A stretch of 64,000 nucleotides of DNA from an uncultured Actinomycetota bacterium (GCA_963760125.1 CAVXBV010000002.1:109244-173243), one strand, 5' to 3'; counted from the stretch's first letter, positions 9,209-19,640 are shown. Numbers and translations are program-made. Notes: generated by a model not told the origin, from the letters alone.

Positions 9209-10453
9209 TCAGGGGTAGAGGCCGCGGGTGCGGTGCGCGTCCGCCACGCGGCCCACCCCGATGACGGAGGCCGCCGTCCGGAGGGAGAGTTTCTCGGCCT
9301 GGGCCAGGGTCGACACCTCGGCGTACGCGTTCTCCATGAGGATCTTGAGGCGGTCGTTGACCTCGTCCTCGGACCAGAAGTAGGCCTGCAGGTCCTGCAC
9401 CCACTCGAAGTACGACACCGCGACGCCGCCGGAGTTGGCCAGGATGTCCGGGACGACCACGACCCCGCGGTCCTCGAGGATCGCGTCGCCGTCGGGGGTG
9501 GTGGGCCCGTTGGCGCCCTCGATGACGAACCGGGCCTGGACCCGCGAGGCGTTGCCCTCGTGGATGACGCCCTCGAGGGCTGCCGGGACCAGTACGTCCA
9601 CGTCGAGCTCCAGCAGGTCGTTGTTGCTGATCGTGTCGGTGCCGGGGTAGCCGACCACGGTCTCCGCGCCCGACTTCAGGTGCTTGATGAGCGCCGCCGG
9701 GTCCAGGCCCTTGGCGTTGTAGATGCCGCCACCGACATCGGACACGGCGACGACGGTGCAGCCTGCGTCGTGGAGGTACTGCGCCGCGAGCCCACCGACC
9801 TTGCCGAACCCCTGGACGGCGACCGTCACGTCGCGGTGATCGACGCCGGCTTCGGCCAGCGCGGAGAAGCAGGCGTACATCACGCCGCGGGACGTCGCCC
9901 CGCCGCGGCCCTGCGAGCCGCCGATGCTCACCGGCTTGCCCGTCACGACACCAGTGACCGTGTAGCCGGCCTGCGTGGAGTAGGTGTCCATCATCCACGC
10001 CATGGTCTGCTCGTCGGTGCCGACGTCGGGCGCCGGGATGTCGCGCTCCGGTCCGATGATGGGGGTGATCTCACTCGCGTAGCGGCGGGTCACGCGTTCG
10101 AGCTCGTTGCGGCTCAGCGCCCGGGGGTCCACCGCGACGCCGCCCTTGGCTCCGCCGTACGGGATGCCGATGAGCGCGCACTTCCAGGTCATCCACATGG
10201 CGAGCGCCTTGACCTCGTCGAGGTCGGTGTGCGGGTGGAACCGCACACCGCCCTTGGCGGGGCCGCGCGAGAAGTTGTGCTGCACGCGGTAGCCCTGGAG
10301 CACCTGCAGCGTGCCGTCGTCGCGCCGCAGCGGCACCGCGACCTGTAGGGACCGCCGCGGCGTGGCCAGCATCTGGTGCAGGCCGTCGTCGAGGCCGAGG
10401 TGGGTCGCGGCGCCCTGCAGCTGGAACAGGGCGGACTCGAGGGCGGACTGCAC
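9209..10453 (-). CDS. gdh: Glu/Leu/Phe/Val-family (glutamate) dehydrogenase
   Basis: RGPAKGGVRFHP, GIPYGGAKGG and the GFGKVG Rossmann motif. GTG 10453 is preceded by GGAG. Confidence 0.9.
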   Translation of the reverse strand: MQSALESALFQLQGAATHLGLDDGLHQMLATPRRSLQVAVPLRRDDGTLQVLQGYRVQHNFSRGPAKGGVRFHPHTDLDEVKALAMWMTWKCALIGIPYGGAKGGVAVDPRALSRNELERVTRRYASEITPIIGPERDIPAPDVGTDEQTMAWMMDTYSTQAGYTVTGVVTGKPVSIGGSQGRGGATSRGVMYACFSALAEAGVDHRDVTVAVQGFGKVGGLAAQYLHDAGCTVVAVSDVGGGIYNAKGLDPAALIKHLKSGAETVVGYPGTDTISNNDLLELDVDVLVPAALEGVIHEGNASRVQARFVIEGANGPTTPDGDAILEDRGVVVVPDILANSGGVAVSYFEWVQDLQAYFWSEDEVNDRLKILMENAYAEVSTLAQAEKLSLRTAASVIGVGRVADAHRTRGLYP

Positions 10454-10691
10454 GTGAGGTCTCCTTCGCGAGCGCCGGCATCGTTGACGACGCGCCGGAG
10501 CGAAGGATGCCAGATCGCTCAGCGTCGTAGGGCCGAAGGCTGTCCGAGGCGTCGGGGCGTCGGCTGCCGCCACCGCTCTGGCCAGGTGAAGAGCCGACCC
10601 GATCGACTGCTGACAACCCCGGGTGCAGCGGCTAGGTTTCGTACAAGAACACGTTCTACCTACGATCCCCCTTCACGCACGAGGAGCTCAG

Positions 10692-11837
10692 ATGCAGACC
10701 CGCGCCGCCATCTTGTGGGAGCCGCACACCGACTGGAGCGTCGAGGACATCGAGCTCGACCCGCCCAAGAAGGGCGAGGTGCTCGTCAAGCTGGCCGCCT
10801 CGGGGCTCTGCCACTCCGACGAGCACATGGTCACCGGGGACATGGCGCTCCCGCCCGACATCGCCGAGCTCATGGGGATCTCGCAGTTCCCGCTCATCGG
10901 TGGACACGAGGGCGCCGGCGAGGTCATCGAGATCGGCGAGGGCGTGACTGAGCTCGCGGTCGGTGACCACGTCGTGTTCTCCTTCATCCCGTCCTGCGGC
11001 AGGTGCCCGTCCTGTCGCAAGGGCCAGTCGCAGCTGTGCGACCTCGGCGCGTTCCTGCTCGGCGGGCGGCAGTTCACCGACCAGACCGCCCGCCACCACA
11101 CCAAGGACGGCAAGGACCTGGGCACCATGGTGGCCCTCGGTACCTTCTCGCCGTACAGCGTCGTCTCGACCGACTCCTGCGTGAAGATCGACCCGGAGAT
11201 CCCGCTCGACAAGGCCGCGCTCGTCGGCTGCGGCGTGACCACCGGCTGGGGTTCCGCGGTCTACGCCGCCGACGTCCAGCCCGGCGAGACCGTCGTCGTC
11301 TACGGCGTCGGCGGCATCGGCAACGCGGCGGTGCAGGGAGCGGCTCTCGCCGGCGCCGGCAAGATCATCGTCGTCGAGCCCGTGGAGTGGAAGCGCGAGA
11401 AGATCATGGAGTTCGGCGCCACGCACACGGCGGCGACCCACGAGGAGGCGTTCTTCCTCGTCCAGGGCCTCACCAACGGCGCCATGGCCGACAAGGCGAT
11501 CCTGTGCATCGGCACGGCCGGGGGCGAGCACGTCGCCCAGCTGCTGCAGATGATCAAGAAGGCCGGCCGGGCCGTCGTCACCTCCGTCGCCCCCATGATG
11601 GGCGAGGACGTGAAGATGAACCTGTTCGAGTTCGCCATGCAGCGCAAGGAGCTCGTCGGCTGCATCTTCGGCAACGCCAACCCGCAGGTCGACATCCCGA
11701 TGCTGCTGGCGCTCTACAAGTCCGGCAAGCTCAAGCTCGACGAGATGGTCACCACGGAGTACACCTTGGACGACATCAACCAGGGCTACCAGGACATGCG
11801 CGACGGCAAGAACTTCCGCGGCATCATCCGCTACTAG
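10692..11837 (+). CDS. Zinc-type alcohol dehydrogenase (NDMA-dependent ADH-like)
   Basis: LVKLAASGLCHSDEHMVTGD, GGHEGAGEVIEIG and GVGGIGNAAVQGA. GAGGAG SD lies before ATG 10692. Confidence 0.85.
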   Translation: MQTRAAILWEPHTDWSVEDIELDPPKKGEVLVKLAASGLCHSDEHMVTGDMALPPDIAELMGISQFPLIGGHEGAGEVIEIGEGVTELAVGDHVVFSFIPSCGRCPSCRKGQSQLCDLGAFLLGGRQFTDQTARHHTKDGKDLGTMVALGTFSPYSVVSTDSCVKIDPEIPLDKAALVGCGVTTGWGSAVYAADVQPGETVVVYGVGGIGNAAVQGAALAGAGKIIVVEPVEWKREKIMEFGATHTAATHEEAFFLVQGLTNGAMADKAILCIGTAGGEHVAQLLQMIKKAGRAVVTSVAPMMGEDVKMNLFEFAMQRKELVGCIFGNANPQVDIPMLLALYKSGKLKLDEMVTTEYTLDDINQGYQDMRDGKNFRGIIRY

Positions 11838-11852
11838 CCCGAGCGGGTACGT

Positions 11853-11886
11853 CGGAAGGCCCGCCTCGGTCGAGGCGGGCCTTCCG
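11853..11886 (+). terminator. Stem-loop terminator after the ADH gene
   Basis: CGGAAGGCCCGCCTCG-GT-CGAGGCGGGCCTTCCG, a perfect 16-bp stem. Confidence 0.7.
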
Positions 11887-11959
11887 CGTGCTCCCTCGAG
11901 GGCGGGCGACCCGACCACGGAGCTGCTCACGCGCTGAGGTTCCGCCCAAGGGAGTTCGG

Positions 11960-12031
11960 AGCCGGCTGTCGGGATCGAACCGACGACCTACGCTTTACAA
12001 GAGCGTTGCGCTACCGCTGCGCCAAGCCGGC
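11960..12031 (-). tRNA. tRNA-Thr (anticodon UGU); CCA not encoded
   Basis: GCCGGCT-TG-GCGC-AGCGGTA-GCGC-A-ACGCT-CTTGTAA-AGCGT-AGGTC-GTCGG-TTCGATC-CCGAC-AGCCGGC-T folds as a cloverleaf. Confidence 0.93.
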
Positions 12032-12097
12032 CTGACTCGCCCAGCCTACGGCGAGCAGGGGCTACCCGTGAGTAACCACGCGCGGTAGCGTCGCCCC

Positions 12098-12550
12098 ATG
12101 ACCGACTACGAGGCCATCAAGACCCTCATGCCCGAGCTCGTGCCGTTCGTCAAGACGCTCCGGCTGGAGTACCTCGAGGTGGCCGAAGGGCGTGCGGTGC
12201 TCCGCCTGTCGGACGACGCCGCGTTCCACAACCACGTGGGAGGCCCCCACGCCGGCGCCATCTTCACCCTCGCCGAGTCGGCCAGCGGGGCGGTGGTCAT
12301 CGGGTCGTTCGAGGACCTGCTGCCGACCGTGACGCCGCTGGCGGCCACCGCCACGATCGCCTACACGAAGCTGCAGAAGGGCCCCGTGACGGCCGAGGCC
12401 ACCCTGGGCCGGCCGGCCGCAGACGTGCGCGCCGAGCTGGACGAGACCGGCAAGACCGTCCAGTTCCCGGTGGAGGTGGTCATGCGGGACGCCAGTGACC
12501 AGGAGACGTCCCGGCTCACGATCAGCTGGGCGCTTCGCCCGAACCGTTAG
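12098..12550 (+). CDS. PaaI/hotdog-fold thioesterase family protein
   Basis: 150 aa, ...NHVGGPHAGAIFTLAESASGAVV..., a typical hotdog pattern. Confidence 0.7.
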   Translation: MTDYEAIKTLMPELVPFVKTLRLEYLEVAEGRAVLRLSDDAAFHNHVGGPHAGAIFTLAESASGAVVIGSFEDLLPTVTPLAATATIAYTKLQKGPVTAEATLGRPAADVRAELDETGKTVQFPVEVVMRDASDQETSRLTISWALRPNR

Positions 12551-12582
12551 CTCCCGCCGTCCCTGCGTTCACCCGACCCGCA

Positions 12583-12628
12583 ACGACGAAGGCCCCCACC
12601 CTGGCAGGGGTGGGGGCCTTCTCGTCGT
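12583..12628. terminator. Bidirectional stem-loop between convergent genes
   Basis: ACGACGAAGGCCCCCACCC-TGGCA-GGGGTGGGGGCCTTCTCGTCGT, with a 1-nt bulge. Confidence 0.65.
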
Positions 12629-12741
12629 GCTCCGGGCTCTGGTCGCCGTGTGAGGGGCCCATCAAGACCGGTGGTGCCGTACGCCGTCTCTGCCGGCCCC
12701 GAGGGGGCCTCATCAAGGCGGTCCGTGCCGAGGATCAGTGG

Positions 12742-13452
12742 TCAGAGACCAGCCGGCCAGACGAGCGTCGTGCCGATGACGATGAGGTCCGGGTCGGACC
12801 CGATCGTCGCCCTGTTGGCCTGGTGCACCTTCTCCACGAAGGCCACGACGTTCGCGTTCGACGTCGAACGGCCGGTGTCGCTGAGAACCCGGGTCGTGAG
12901 CTCCCACAGCGTGTCCCCACGAGCCACCTTGAAGGTGTAGTCCTTCTTCGCGACGGTCCCGACCTGCTGCGGCGCCGTCACCGGTGGCTTGGCCACGGGT
13001 GCGGGGGCCGGGGGCTGCACGACAGGCTCCTGGACGGGCGCCTGGACCGGCGCCGTCGTCGGGGCCGCCGGACCTGCCACAGGTCCTGCAACAGGAGCCT
13101 TCGTCGGGGCCTTCGTCACGACCGGCGCTGCTGTGGGCTTGACCACAGGAGCGGCGGATGCGCTGGCCGTCGCGGCACCAGGTGCGGCGACGGGGCGCGT
13201 GGACGTCGGGCTGACGGTCGGCTTCGCCGCCGCGGGAGCAACCGGACCGAGGATCGGGTTGGCCGGGGCGGAGGTCGTCGTGCCGTTCGCGGTGACGTTG
13301 TTGTTCGACGTGTCGCGGCCGAACGCCGCCCAGGCCACACCGGCGACGGCGAGCACGAGCACGCCACCTCCGAGTGCGGTGAGCGCGTTGCGGCCACGGC
13401 CCGCCGGCGGAGGTGCCGCGCTGGGCGGCCTCCCGCGGGGTTGCTCTGCCAT
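12742..13452 (-). CDS. LysM peptidoglycan-binding domain protein, membrane anchored, P/A-rich linker
   Basis: C-terminal YTFKVARGDTLWELTTRVL...VHQANRATIGSDPDLIVIGTTLVWP is a LysM domain. There is an N-terminal TM helix. Confidence 0.8.
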   Translation of the reverse strand: MAEQPRGRPPSAAPPPAGRGRNALTALGGGVLVLAVAGVAWAAFGRDTSNNNVTANGTTTSAPANPILGPVAPAAAKPTVSPTSTRPVAAPGAATASASAAPVVKPTAAPVVTKAPTKAPVAGPVAGPAAPTTAPVQAPVQEPVVQPPAPAPVAKPPVTAPQQVGTVAKKDYTFKVARGDTLWELTTRVLSDTGRSTSNANVVAFVEKVHQANRATIGSDPDLIVIGTTLVWPAGL

Positions 13453-13625
13453 CGTTGACCCTTCTGGCGTGGACGTGGGACACACAGTGAACCGCACGTC
13501 GGGCCATAATCCGATGATCGCGGCCGCTTCGGGGCGTCTGTTCCCGAGCCGTGATCACGGTCACGCCGGTGACGCCCCGCGTGTAACCCCCACAGACGTG
13601 GGTAGTCGACCGGTTGTCACGAGCC

Positions 13626-13664
13626 GCCGGCGGCTTGGTCGCCCCCCCTGATCAAGCCGTCGGC
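13626..13664 (-). terminator. Candidate stem-loop downstream of the sigma gene
   Basis: 12-bp stem (GCCGACGGCTTG / CAAGCCGCCGGC, one mismatch) with a 15-nt loop, 27 nt after the stop codon. Confidence 0.4.
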
Positions 13665-13690
13665 TTCGGCGCCACCGGCCCCGGACAGGC

Positions 13691-14614
13691 CTAACCGACG
13701 TCCGCGACCTCGCGCTCGCGCAGGTGACCCTCGAGCTTGCGCTTGATCCGCTGCAGCGCGTTGTCGATCGACTTCACGTGGCGCTGGAGCCGCTCGGCGA
13801 TCTCCTGGTAGCTCTTGCCCTCGACGTACAGCCGCAGGACCTCGGTCTCGAGGTCGGACAGCACCTCGTCGAAGTGCGCCTGCAGCGCCCGGATCCGCTC
13901 CGCGGAGATGACCAGGTCGGCCGGGTCGCTGATCGCCACGGTCGGCAGGACGTCGGCCAGCACCCGCTCGCCGTCACCCCCGTCGCCGTCGCCACCGACC
14001 GGTCGGCTGAAGCTCACGTAGTTGTTGAGCGGGCCGTGCTTCTGGCGCGTCGCCGTCTTGATCGCGGTGATGATCTGGCGCGTCACGCAGAGCTCGGCGA
14101 ACGCCCGGAAGCTCGACTGCATGTCCGGGTTGAAGTCGCGGATGGCCTTGTACAGGCCGATCATGCCCTCCTGGACGATGTCCTCCCGGTCGGCTCCGAC
14201 CAGGAAGTACGAACGGGCCTTCACGCGGGCGAACGCGCGGTACTTCGTCAGCAGGTCGGCCAGTGCAGTGTCGTCCCCGCCACGAGCCGCCTGGACCAGC
14301 TCGTTGTCGGAGCGCTCGGCGTTCGTGCGCCAGCGGTCCGCCAGGCCCCCGCCCTCGTGGGAGCGGTGGAGGTCGCGGTCGAGCTCCTCGACGAGGGCCT
14401 CGGCGTCGGTGATCTCCTGCGCCAGGGAGGCGGCGAGCTCGATCTCGATCTCGCGCTCGAGGTCGGCCTGCGCCTGCGCCTCGGGGTCCAGGACCTCCGG
14501 GACGTCCACGACGGACGCCTCGGGCTCGACGGGGCTCATCACCACGGTGAGGGCAGCCCGCGAGCGGGCCCGGGCTGTCGACGTGCTGGGCATGCGGTCG
14601 CGAAGTGGTCGCAT
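13691..14614 (-). CDS. Sigma-70 family factor, Bacillus SigH-type (ShbA-like), with a ~110-aa acidic N-terminal extension
   Basis: KYRAFARVKARSYFLVGADREDIVQEGMIGLYKAIRDF...FAELCVTRQIITAIKTATRQKH...SYQEIAERLQRHVKSIDNALQRIKRKL is almost colinear with the B. subtilis SigH sequence as I recall it. Start is at ATG 14614 with AAGGGAG SD, and GC3 drops upstream of it. Confidence 0.85.
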   Translation of the reverse strand: MRPLRDRMPSTSTARARSRAALTVVMSPVEPEASVVDVPEVLDPEAQAQADLEREIEIELAASLAQEITDAEALVEELDRDLHRSHEGGGLADRWRTNAERSDNELVQAARGGDDTALADLLTKYRAFARVKARSYFLVGADREDIVQEGMIGLYKAIRDFNPDMQSSFRAFAELCVTRQIITAIKTATRQKHGPLNNYVSFSRPVGGDGDGGDGERVLADVLPTVAISDPADLVISAERIRALQAHFDEVLSDLETEVLRLYVEGKSYQEIAERLQRHVKSIDNALQRIKRKLEGHLREREVADVG

Positions 14615-14774
14615 GCGGCACGCTCCCTTCAGCCTGTCGGTTCGGTCGTCCCGAACTCCAGTGTCGCAGGTCACAACGAGCGGGACCAGGGCAGGTGACG
14701 GGTTCAGAAGGGTGACATGGATCGCCCGTTCGGCGCAGTGAGGTTGCACTTCCCCCGCGCTCGCGCCCCTCCGC

Positions 14775-15773
14775 TCAGCCCTGGCGACGCCGTCGCGCGA
14801 CCTCAGCGAGGGCCACGGCGGCCGCGATCCCGGCGTTCAGGGACTCGGTCTGACCCACCATCGGGATGCTCACGGTCAGGTCGCAGGTCTCGGCCACCAG
14901 GCGGCCCAGGCCGTCTCCCTCGGAACCGACGACGAGCACCAACGGGCTCGTCGCCACCTCCAGGTCGTCGAGCTCCACGGTGCCGCCGGCCGCCAGCCCC
15001 ACGGTAAACAGCCCGGCTTGCTTGTACGCCGTGAGCGTGCGGGACAGGTTGGTGCAGCGCGCGATGGGCAGCCGCGCGGCCGCACCGGCGCTGGTGCGCC
15101 ACGCCGACGCCGTCATCCCGGCGCTCCGGCGCTCCGGCAGCAGGACCCCCTGGGCCCCGAACGCGGCGGCCGAGCGCACCACGGCACCGAGGTTGCGGGG
15201 GTCGGTCACGCCGTCCAGCGCCACGATCAGCGGGACATCGGCCTCGAGGGCACGTGCCAGCAGGTCGTCGGGGTGCAGGTAGGTGTAGGCCGGCACCTGC
15301 AGCGCGATGCCCTGGTGCATCATCCCGCCGGTCATCTTGTCCATCTGCGCGCGGGACATCTCCAGGATGGAGATGCCCGCCTTGCCCGCCAACGACAGGC
15401 ACTCGGCCATGCGCTCGTCGTTGTCGGCGCCGAGCGCGACGTACAGCGCGGTGGCAGGGACGCGCGTCCTGAGCGCCTCGACCACGACGTTGCGCCCGAA
15501 GATCGTCTCCGGCGCGTCCGCGTCCGGCTTGACCCCCCGTGCCTTGGCCGGCGCCGTGCCGCGCGAACCCGTGGTGGGCTTGGCCGGGACGCGCTTGGCG
15601 ACGGCGGCAGCGCGGCGGGCCTTCGGGTGGCCCTTGCGCTCCTCGCCGGGCGGCGTGGGCTTCTTGCCCTCGAGCCGGCGCTTGCTCTGCCCGCCCGAGC
15701 CGGCCGCCGCGCCCTTGCGGTGCGAGCCTGGCTTGTTGCCACGACCGCCCTGTCCACCCTTGGCAACGCTCAT
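14775..15773 (-). CDS. rlmB: 23S rRNA (guanosine-2'-O)-methyltransferase RlmB (SpoU/TrmH family)
   Basis: Basic N-terminal tail followed by the SpoU fold ([21 protein letters not shown]...VGSEGDGL...[13 protein letters not shown]). Confidence 0.9.
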   Translation of the reverse strand: MSVAKGGQGGRGNKPGSHRKGAAAGSGGQSKRRLEGKKPTPPGEERKGHPKARRAAAVAKRVPAKPTTGSRGTAPAKARGVKPDADAPETIFGRNVVVEALRTRVPATALYVALGADNDERMAECLSLAGKAGISILEMSRAQMDKMTGGMMHQGIALQVPAYTYLHPDDLLARALEADVPLIVALDGVTDPRNLGAVVRSAAAFGAQGVLLPERRSAGMTASAWRTSAGAAARLPIARCTNLSRTLTAYKQAGLFTVGLAAGGTVELDDLEVATSPLVLVVGSEGDGLGRLVAETCDLTVSIPMVGQTESLNAGIAAAVALAEVARRRRQG

Positions 15774-15780
15774 GAGCTGC

Positions 15781-17166
15781 TCACGTACCTAGTCTCCATC
15801 GGACCCCACCTGCGGTGTCCTCGAGCACGATGCCGGCTGCGGTGAGCCGGTCACGGAGTGCGTCCGCCTGCGCCCAGTCCTTGCGCTCCCGCGCCTGCGC
15901 GCGGGTCTCCACCACCAGGTCGACGAGCGCGTCGACGACGGGCGTCAGCGCGCCGCCCTCGGTGCTCGCCCAGTCGGCGGGGTCCAGTCCCAGCACGCCC
16001 AGCATCCGGCGTACGACGCTCAGGACGCCCCCGGCCGGCGCGCCCGCCGCCAGCGCGGTGTTGCCCTCGCGGACGGCGTCGTGGATGACACCGAGCGCGC
16101 GCGAGACGCCGAGGTCGTCGTCCATCGCCGCGGCGAAGGCGTCCCAGACGCCGTCGGGCTCGGGGGCCTCCGGCGAACCGGCGGCGTTGCGCACGAAGGT
16201 CTCGAGCCGGCCGTAGGCGGCCGCGGCCTCGGCGACGACGAGGTCGCTCCACTCGATGGTGCTGCGGTAGTGCGCCGCGCCGAGGGCGTAGCGCAGCACG
16301 ACCGGCGGGATCGTCTGGAGGGCGTCGGCGACGGTCACGCTGTTGCCCAGGCTCTTGCTCATCTTCTCGCCGCCCTTGGCGGTGACCAGCCCGTGGTGCA
16401 GCCAGGTCGTGGCGAAGGGGTGCCCGGCGGCGGTGCTCTGCGCGTCCTCGTTCTCGTGGTGCGGGAAGACGAGGTCCAGGCCACCGCCGTGCAGGTCGAA
16501 CGCCTCGCCGAGGTAGGTCACGGCCATCGCAGAGCACTCGATGTGCCAGCCGGGCCGGCCGGGGCCCCACGGGCTGTCCCAGCTCGGCTCGCCGGGCTTG
16601 GCGGCCTTCCAGAGCGCGAAGTCGACCGGGTCGCGCTTGAGGGAGTCGTCCGCCTCGCCCTGACGCAGGTTGTCGAGGGACTGCTTGGACAGCTCGCCGT
16701 ACGTCGGGACCCCCCGCACGTGCAGGTAGACGTCCCCGCCGCTGGCGTACGCCTTGTCGGTGGCGATCAGGTGCTCGATGAGCGCCATGATCTCGCGCAG
16801 GTGGCCGCTGACGGTCGGCTCGACCGTGGGGGGCAGCACGTGGACCGCGTCGTACGCCGCCCAGAACTGCCGCGTGATGCGCGTGGACAGCGCCCACCAG
16901 GGCTCGCCGTTCGCCGTCGCGGTGTTGATGATCTTGTCGTCGACGTCGGTGACGTTGCGGACGAAGGTGACCTCGTGGCCGGTCGCCAGCAGCCAGCGGT
17001 GCAGCACGTCCAGAGCCACCCCGCTGCGCAGGTGGCCCACGTGCGGCGCGGCCTGGACGGTCGCCCCGCAGACGTACATCCCGACGTGACCGGCGCGCAG
17101 CAGCGGCAGCGGACGGGTCTCCCTCGTCCGGGTGTCGTACAGCCGCAGGCTGCTCGTGGCGCTCAC
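15781..17166 (-). CDS. cysS: Cysteine--tRNA ligase
   Basis: [16 protein letters not shown] (HIGH) and KMSKSLGN (KMSKS). GTG 17166 gives the usual N-terminus [10 protein letters not shown]. Confidence 0.95.
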   Translation of the reverse strand: MSATSSLRLYDTRTRETRPLPLLRAGHVGMYVCGATVQAAPHVGHLRSGVALDVLHRWLLATGHEVTFVRNVTDVDDKIINTATANGEPWWALSTRITRQFWAAYDAVHVLPPTVEPTVSGHLREIMALIEHLIATDKAYASGGDVYLHVRGVPTYGELSKQSLDNLRQGEADDSLKRDPVDFALWKAAKPGEPSWDSPWGPGRPGWHIECSAMAVTYLGEAFDLHGGGLDLVFPHHENEDAQSTAAGHPFATTWLHHGLVTAKGGEKMSKSLGNSVTVADALQTIPPVVLRYALGAAHYRSTIEWSDLVVAEAAAAYGRLETFVRNAAGSPEAPEPDGVWDAFAAAMDDDLGVSRALGVIHDAVREGNTALAAGAPAGGVLSVVRRMLGVLGLDPADWASTEGGALTPVVDALVDLVVETRAQARERKDWAQADALRDRLTAAGIVLEDTAGGVRWRLGT

Positions 17167-17183
17167 CCGCTCCAGCCTACGGG

Positions 17184-17672
17184 TCAGGCGGGGGCGCCCC
17201 TGCGCGCGATCAACGCGGTGGCGACGGCTGCGCGGCCCTCGCCCCGCCCGGTGAGCCCCAGCCCGTCCGTCGTCGTGGCGCTCACGCTGACGGGCGCACC
17301 GACCGCCCCGGACAGCGCGGCTTCGGCCTCGGCGCGCCGGGGACCCAGCCGGGGCGTGTTGCCGATCACCTGCACGGCGACGTTGCCGATGACCCAGCCG
17401 GCCTCGTGGAGCAGGCGCGCCACCTCGGTGAGCAGGGCCGCCCCCGAGGCACCGGACCACTCCGGTCGGTCGGTGCCGAAGACGCTCCCCAGGTCCCCGA
17501 GCCCGGCGGCCGACAGCAGCGCGTCACAGGCAGCGTGGGCGGCGACATCACCGTCGGAGTGGCCGGCGCACCCGTCCGCGTCCGGCCACTCCAAGCCGGC
17601 GACCCAGCACGGTCGGCCGGGCTCGATCGGGTGGACGTCGGTGCCCGAGCCCACGCGAGGCAGGTCAGCCAT
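17184..17672 (-). CDS. ispF: 2-C-methyl-D-erythritol 2,4-cyclodiphosphate synthase
   Basis: [10 protein letters not shown]...[10 protein letters not shown]...GLGDLG... signature. Overlaps ispD by 8 nt. Confidence 0.93.
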   Translation of the reverse strand: MADLPRVGSGTDVHPIEPGRPCWVAGLEWPDADGCAGHSDGDVAAHAACDALLSAAGLGDLGSVFGTDRPEWSGASGAALLTEVARLLHEAGWVIGNVAVQVIGNTPRLGPRRAEAEAALSGAVGAPVSVSATTTDGLGLTGRGEGRAAVATALIARRGAPA

Positions 17673-18342
17673 GCACGAGCACCGCCTCAGCGACGCGCAG
17701 GTCGAACGGCGTCGTGACCTTGAGCGCCTCGGCGGCTCCCGGCACCGTCTGCACCGTCACGCCCGCGGCCTCCACGAGGCCCGCGTCGTCGGTCGCGGCC
17801 GTACCGGCCCGGGCGTGCGCGCTCTCGAGCACCTCGCGGCGGAACCCCTGGGGGGTCTGGACCGCGCGCAGGTCCTGGCGCGGGACGGTCGCCACGACCT
17901 GGCCGTCGGGGTCGACGCTCTTCACGGTGTCGGCTACCGGCAGCACGGGCACGACGGCGTCCGCCCCGGCCCGGAGCCGTGCGATGACCCGCTCCACGAC
18001 CTCGACGGGGACAAAGGCCCGCGCGGCGTCGTGCACGAGGACCCAGCGCACCGTGGCCGGCAGGGCCGAGAGACCGGCCGCGACCGAGTCCTGCCGCTCC
18101 GCTCCCCCCTCGACCACGTCCACGCCGTACGGCGCCAGCAGCGCCGCGACCTCGGCAACGCTGCCCCGGGGAGCCGCGACGACGACGGGGCCCACGCCCG
18201 GGCAGGCCCGCAACCGGCGTACGGCGTGCAGGAGCAGGGGTGCGTCGGCCACCAGGCGCAGCGCCTTGGGCTCGCCCGGCCCCAACCTCGTGCCGGCGCC
18301 GGCAGCCGGGACCACGACACCGACCTCAGCCGGGTCGGTCAC
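17665..18342 (-). CDS. ispD: 2-C-methyl-D-erythritol 4-phosphate cytidylyltransferase
   Basis: [13 protein letters not shown]...[11 protein letters not shown]...DTVK. GTGA overlap with the upstream gene. Confidence 0.92.
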   Translation of the reverse strand: MTDPAEVGVVVPAAGAGTRLGPGEPKALRLVADAPLLLHAVRRLRACPGVGPVVVAAPRGSVAEVAALLAPYGVDVVEGGAERQDSVAAGLSALPATVRWVLVHDAARAFVPVEVVERVIARLRAGADAVVPVLPVADTVKSVDPDGQVVATVPRQDLRAVQTPQGFRREVLESAHARAGTAATDDAGLVEAAGVTVQTVPGAAEALKVTTPFDLRVAEAVLVHG

Positions 18343-19595
18343 GGGCGCGGCGGTCCGGGGACCGGACCCGGGGCGGGGCTCGACGTGCGCCCCGTGGCAG
18401 GTCCGGGCGTGGGTGCTGCGGGGGCGCCCGCCGTACGCCGCCGACCGGGGCGCGCGCTGGTCCGCACACCGGCCGCGGCGAGGCGCCCGAAGACCAGCCG
18501 CCCGTTGGCGGTCGTGACGACGCTGGTCACGTGCACCGCGGCCTCGGCCCCGACGAGCTCACGGGCGTGCTCGACGACCACCATGGAGCCGTCGTCGAGG
18601 TACCCGACGGCCTGCCCAGCCTCCTTACCGGCCTTGAGCAGCGTCACGGTCACGTCCTCACCGGCCACCACCGGGGGGCGCATGGCGAGCGCGAGACCGT
18701 GCAGGTTGAGCACCTGGACACCCGCCAGGGAGGCGGCCTTGGCCAGGTTGGTGTCGAGGGTCAGCAGGGCGGCGCCGACGTCCAGGCAGATGCGGACCAG
18801 CTTGGCGTCCACCTCCACCACGCCGGGCACGTCGACGTCCAGGACCTCGAGGTCGATGCCGGGCTCGCGCTTGAGCGCCTCGAGCACCTCCAGACCGCGC
18901 CGCCCCTTGGCGCGCCGCAGGTCGTCGGAGGCGTCGGCGAAGCCCTGCAGCTCGGCCAGCACCGGGTTCGTCACCAGCACCCGGCCGTGCAGGAACCCGG
19001 CCCGGACGACCTCCAGCACGCGCGCGTCGATGGCCACGGAGGTGTCGATGACCCGCGGCAGCGCGGCCGCCGCCTGGGTCCGCGGCGCGAGGCCGGCCTG
19101 CGCACCGAACAGGGCCAGGACGCCCTCGCGCTTGTTGGAGCCGACGAGGAAGCCGACGTAGCCCAGTGCCACGCAGGCGAAGCCGAACAGGGGGAAGGCG
19201 AGGTAGCCCTGACGCAGCAGGAACACCGGCCAGGCGGTCCCGGCCGCGAGCAGCACGCCGCCCATCACGCCGAAGGCGCCGGCGACCAGCTGCTCGGCCG
19301 AGACGTCCTGCAGGCGCAGCCGGGTCTGCTCCGCACTGGTCGCGGCGGTGCGGCCCAGGACGCCCCCGAGGACGTAGCCGATGCCCGAGCCCAGCACGAG
19401 ACCAACCGCGGTGCCGTTGAGCGCACCGAGGACGTCCCGGTCGCTCTCGACACCCGCGCCGACCTGGTAGCCGACCCCGGCGAAGAACACGACGACGAAC
19501 AGCCGAAGGGCCTCGACCACGACCGGGGGCGTACGACGCCGACCGGTCACGCGGCGCGGCTGCGGCGCGGAGGTCGAGGGGGTCATGTGCTCCAC
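18339..19595 (-). CDS. PIN/TRAM domain membrane protein (B. subtilis YacL-type)
   Basis: Four N-terminal TM helices, then a PIN-like domain (VIDTSVAIDARVLEVVRAGF...) and a TRAM-like domain (VTLLKAGKEAGQAVGYLDDGSMVVV), followed by a Pro-rich tail. Confidence 0.8.
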   Translation of the reverse strand: MEHMTPSTSAPQPRRVTGRRRTPPVVVEALRLFVVVFFAGVGYQVGAGVESDRDVLGALNGTAVGLVLGSGIGYVLGGVLGRTAATSAEQTRLRLQDVSAEQLVAGAFGVMGGVLLAAGTAWPVFLLRQGYLAFPLFGFACVALGYVGFLVGSNKREGVLALFGAQAGLAPRTQAAAALPRVIDTSVAIDARVLEVVRAGFLHGRVLVTNPVLAELQGFADASDDLRRAKGRRGLEVLEALKREPGIDLEVLDVDVPGVVEVDAKLVRICLDVGAALLTLDTNLAKAASLAGVQVLNLHGLALAMRPPVVAGEDVTVTLLKAGKEAGQAVGYLDDGSMVVVEHARELVGAEAAVHVTSVVTTANGRLVFGRLAAAGVRTSARPGRRRTAGAPAAPTPGPATGRTSSPAPGPVPGPPRP

Positions 19596-19613
19596 CCTGC
19601 CACGGACGACTGG

Positions 19614-19640
19614 CTCCGCGTCACAGATCGTGACGCGGAG
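19614..19640 (-). terminator. Perfect 11-bp hairpin between carD and the PIN/TRAM gene (terminator or attenuator)
   Basis: CTCCGCGTCAC-AGATC-GTGACGCGGAG. Confidence 0.5.

Noticed and set aside
10640-10676. A candidate promoter or operator upstream of the ADH gene (AGAAC-AC-GTTCT inverted repeat, TACGAT -10-like hexamer).
   Set aside because: A transcript started from that -10 box would begin at or inside the SD (10681-10686). The inverted repeat is only 5 bp. This is too weak to report as a feature.
12652-12722. Two similar ~21-nt segments (GAGGGGCCCATCAAGACCGGT and GAGGGGGCCTCATCAAGGCGGT) downstream of the LysM gene.
   Set aside because: The match needs gaps and is only about 80% identical. 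There is no coding or structural context, so it is probably chance or a decayed duplication.
11838-13500. A possible integrative element at tRNA-Thr(UGU), and likewise at tRNA-Thr(CGU) at 63302-63377.
   Set aside because: There is no integrase, excisionase or direct repeat of the tRNA 3' end, and no compositional shift. The flanking genes are ordinary chromosomal genes.
13453-13690. A 238-nt structured leader upstream of the LysM protein gene; I considered a c-di-AMP (ydaO-type) riboswitch because disA is nearby and such riboswitches precede cell-wall genes in actinobacteria.
   Set aside because: I could not find the conserved ydaO blocks as I remember them (GGGGUGAAUC, ACCCG...CAGCUAACCUCGUAAGCG). 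Only generic GC hairpins are present, one of which is likely the terminator of the sigma gene. It needs cmsearch (RF00379) to settle.
16081-19161. Very long ORFs in alternative frames or on the opposite strand, for example 16081-19161 (1026 aa), 31815-34505 (896 aa, antisense to clpC), 5280-7529 (antisense to cpa), 25476-28235 (919 aa) and 22413-24875 (820 aa).
   Set aside because: - Their composition is Arg/Gly/Pro/Ala-rich and low-complexity, which is typical of stop-poor off-frames in DNA above 70% GC.
- Each overlaps a gene with clear family motifs.
- Only the terminal parts of 25476-28235 (cheR) and 22413-24875 (disA) are real, and those begin at internal starts.
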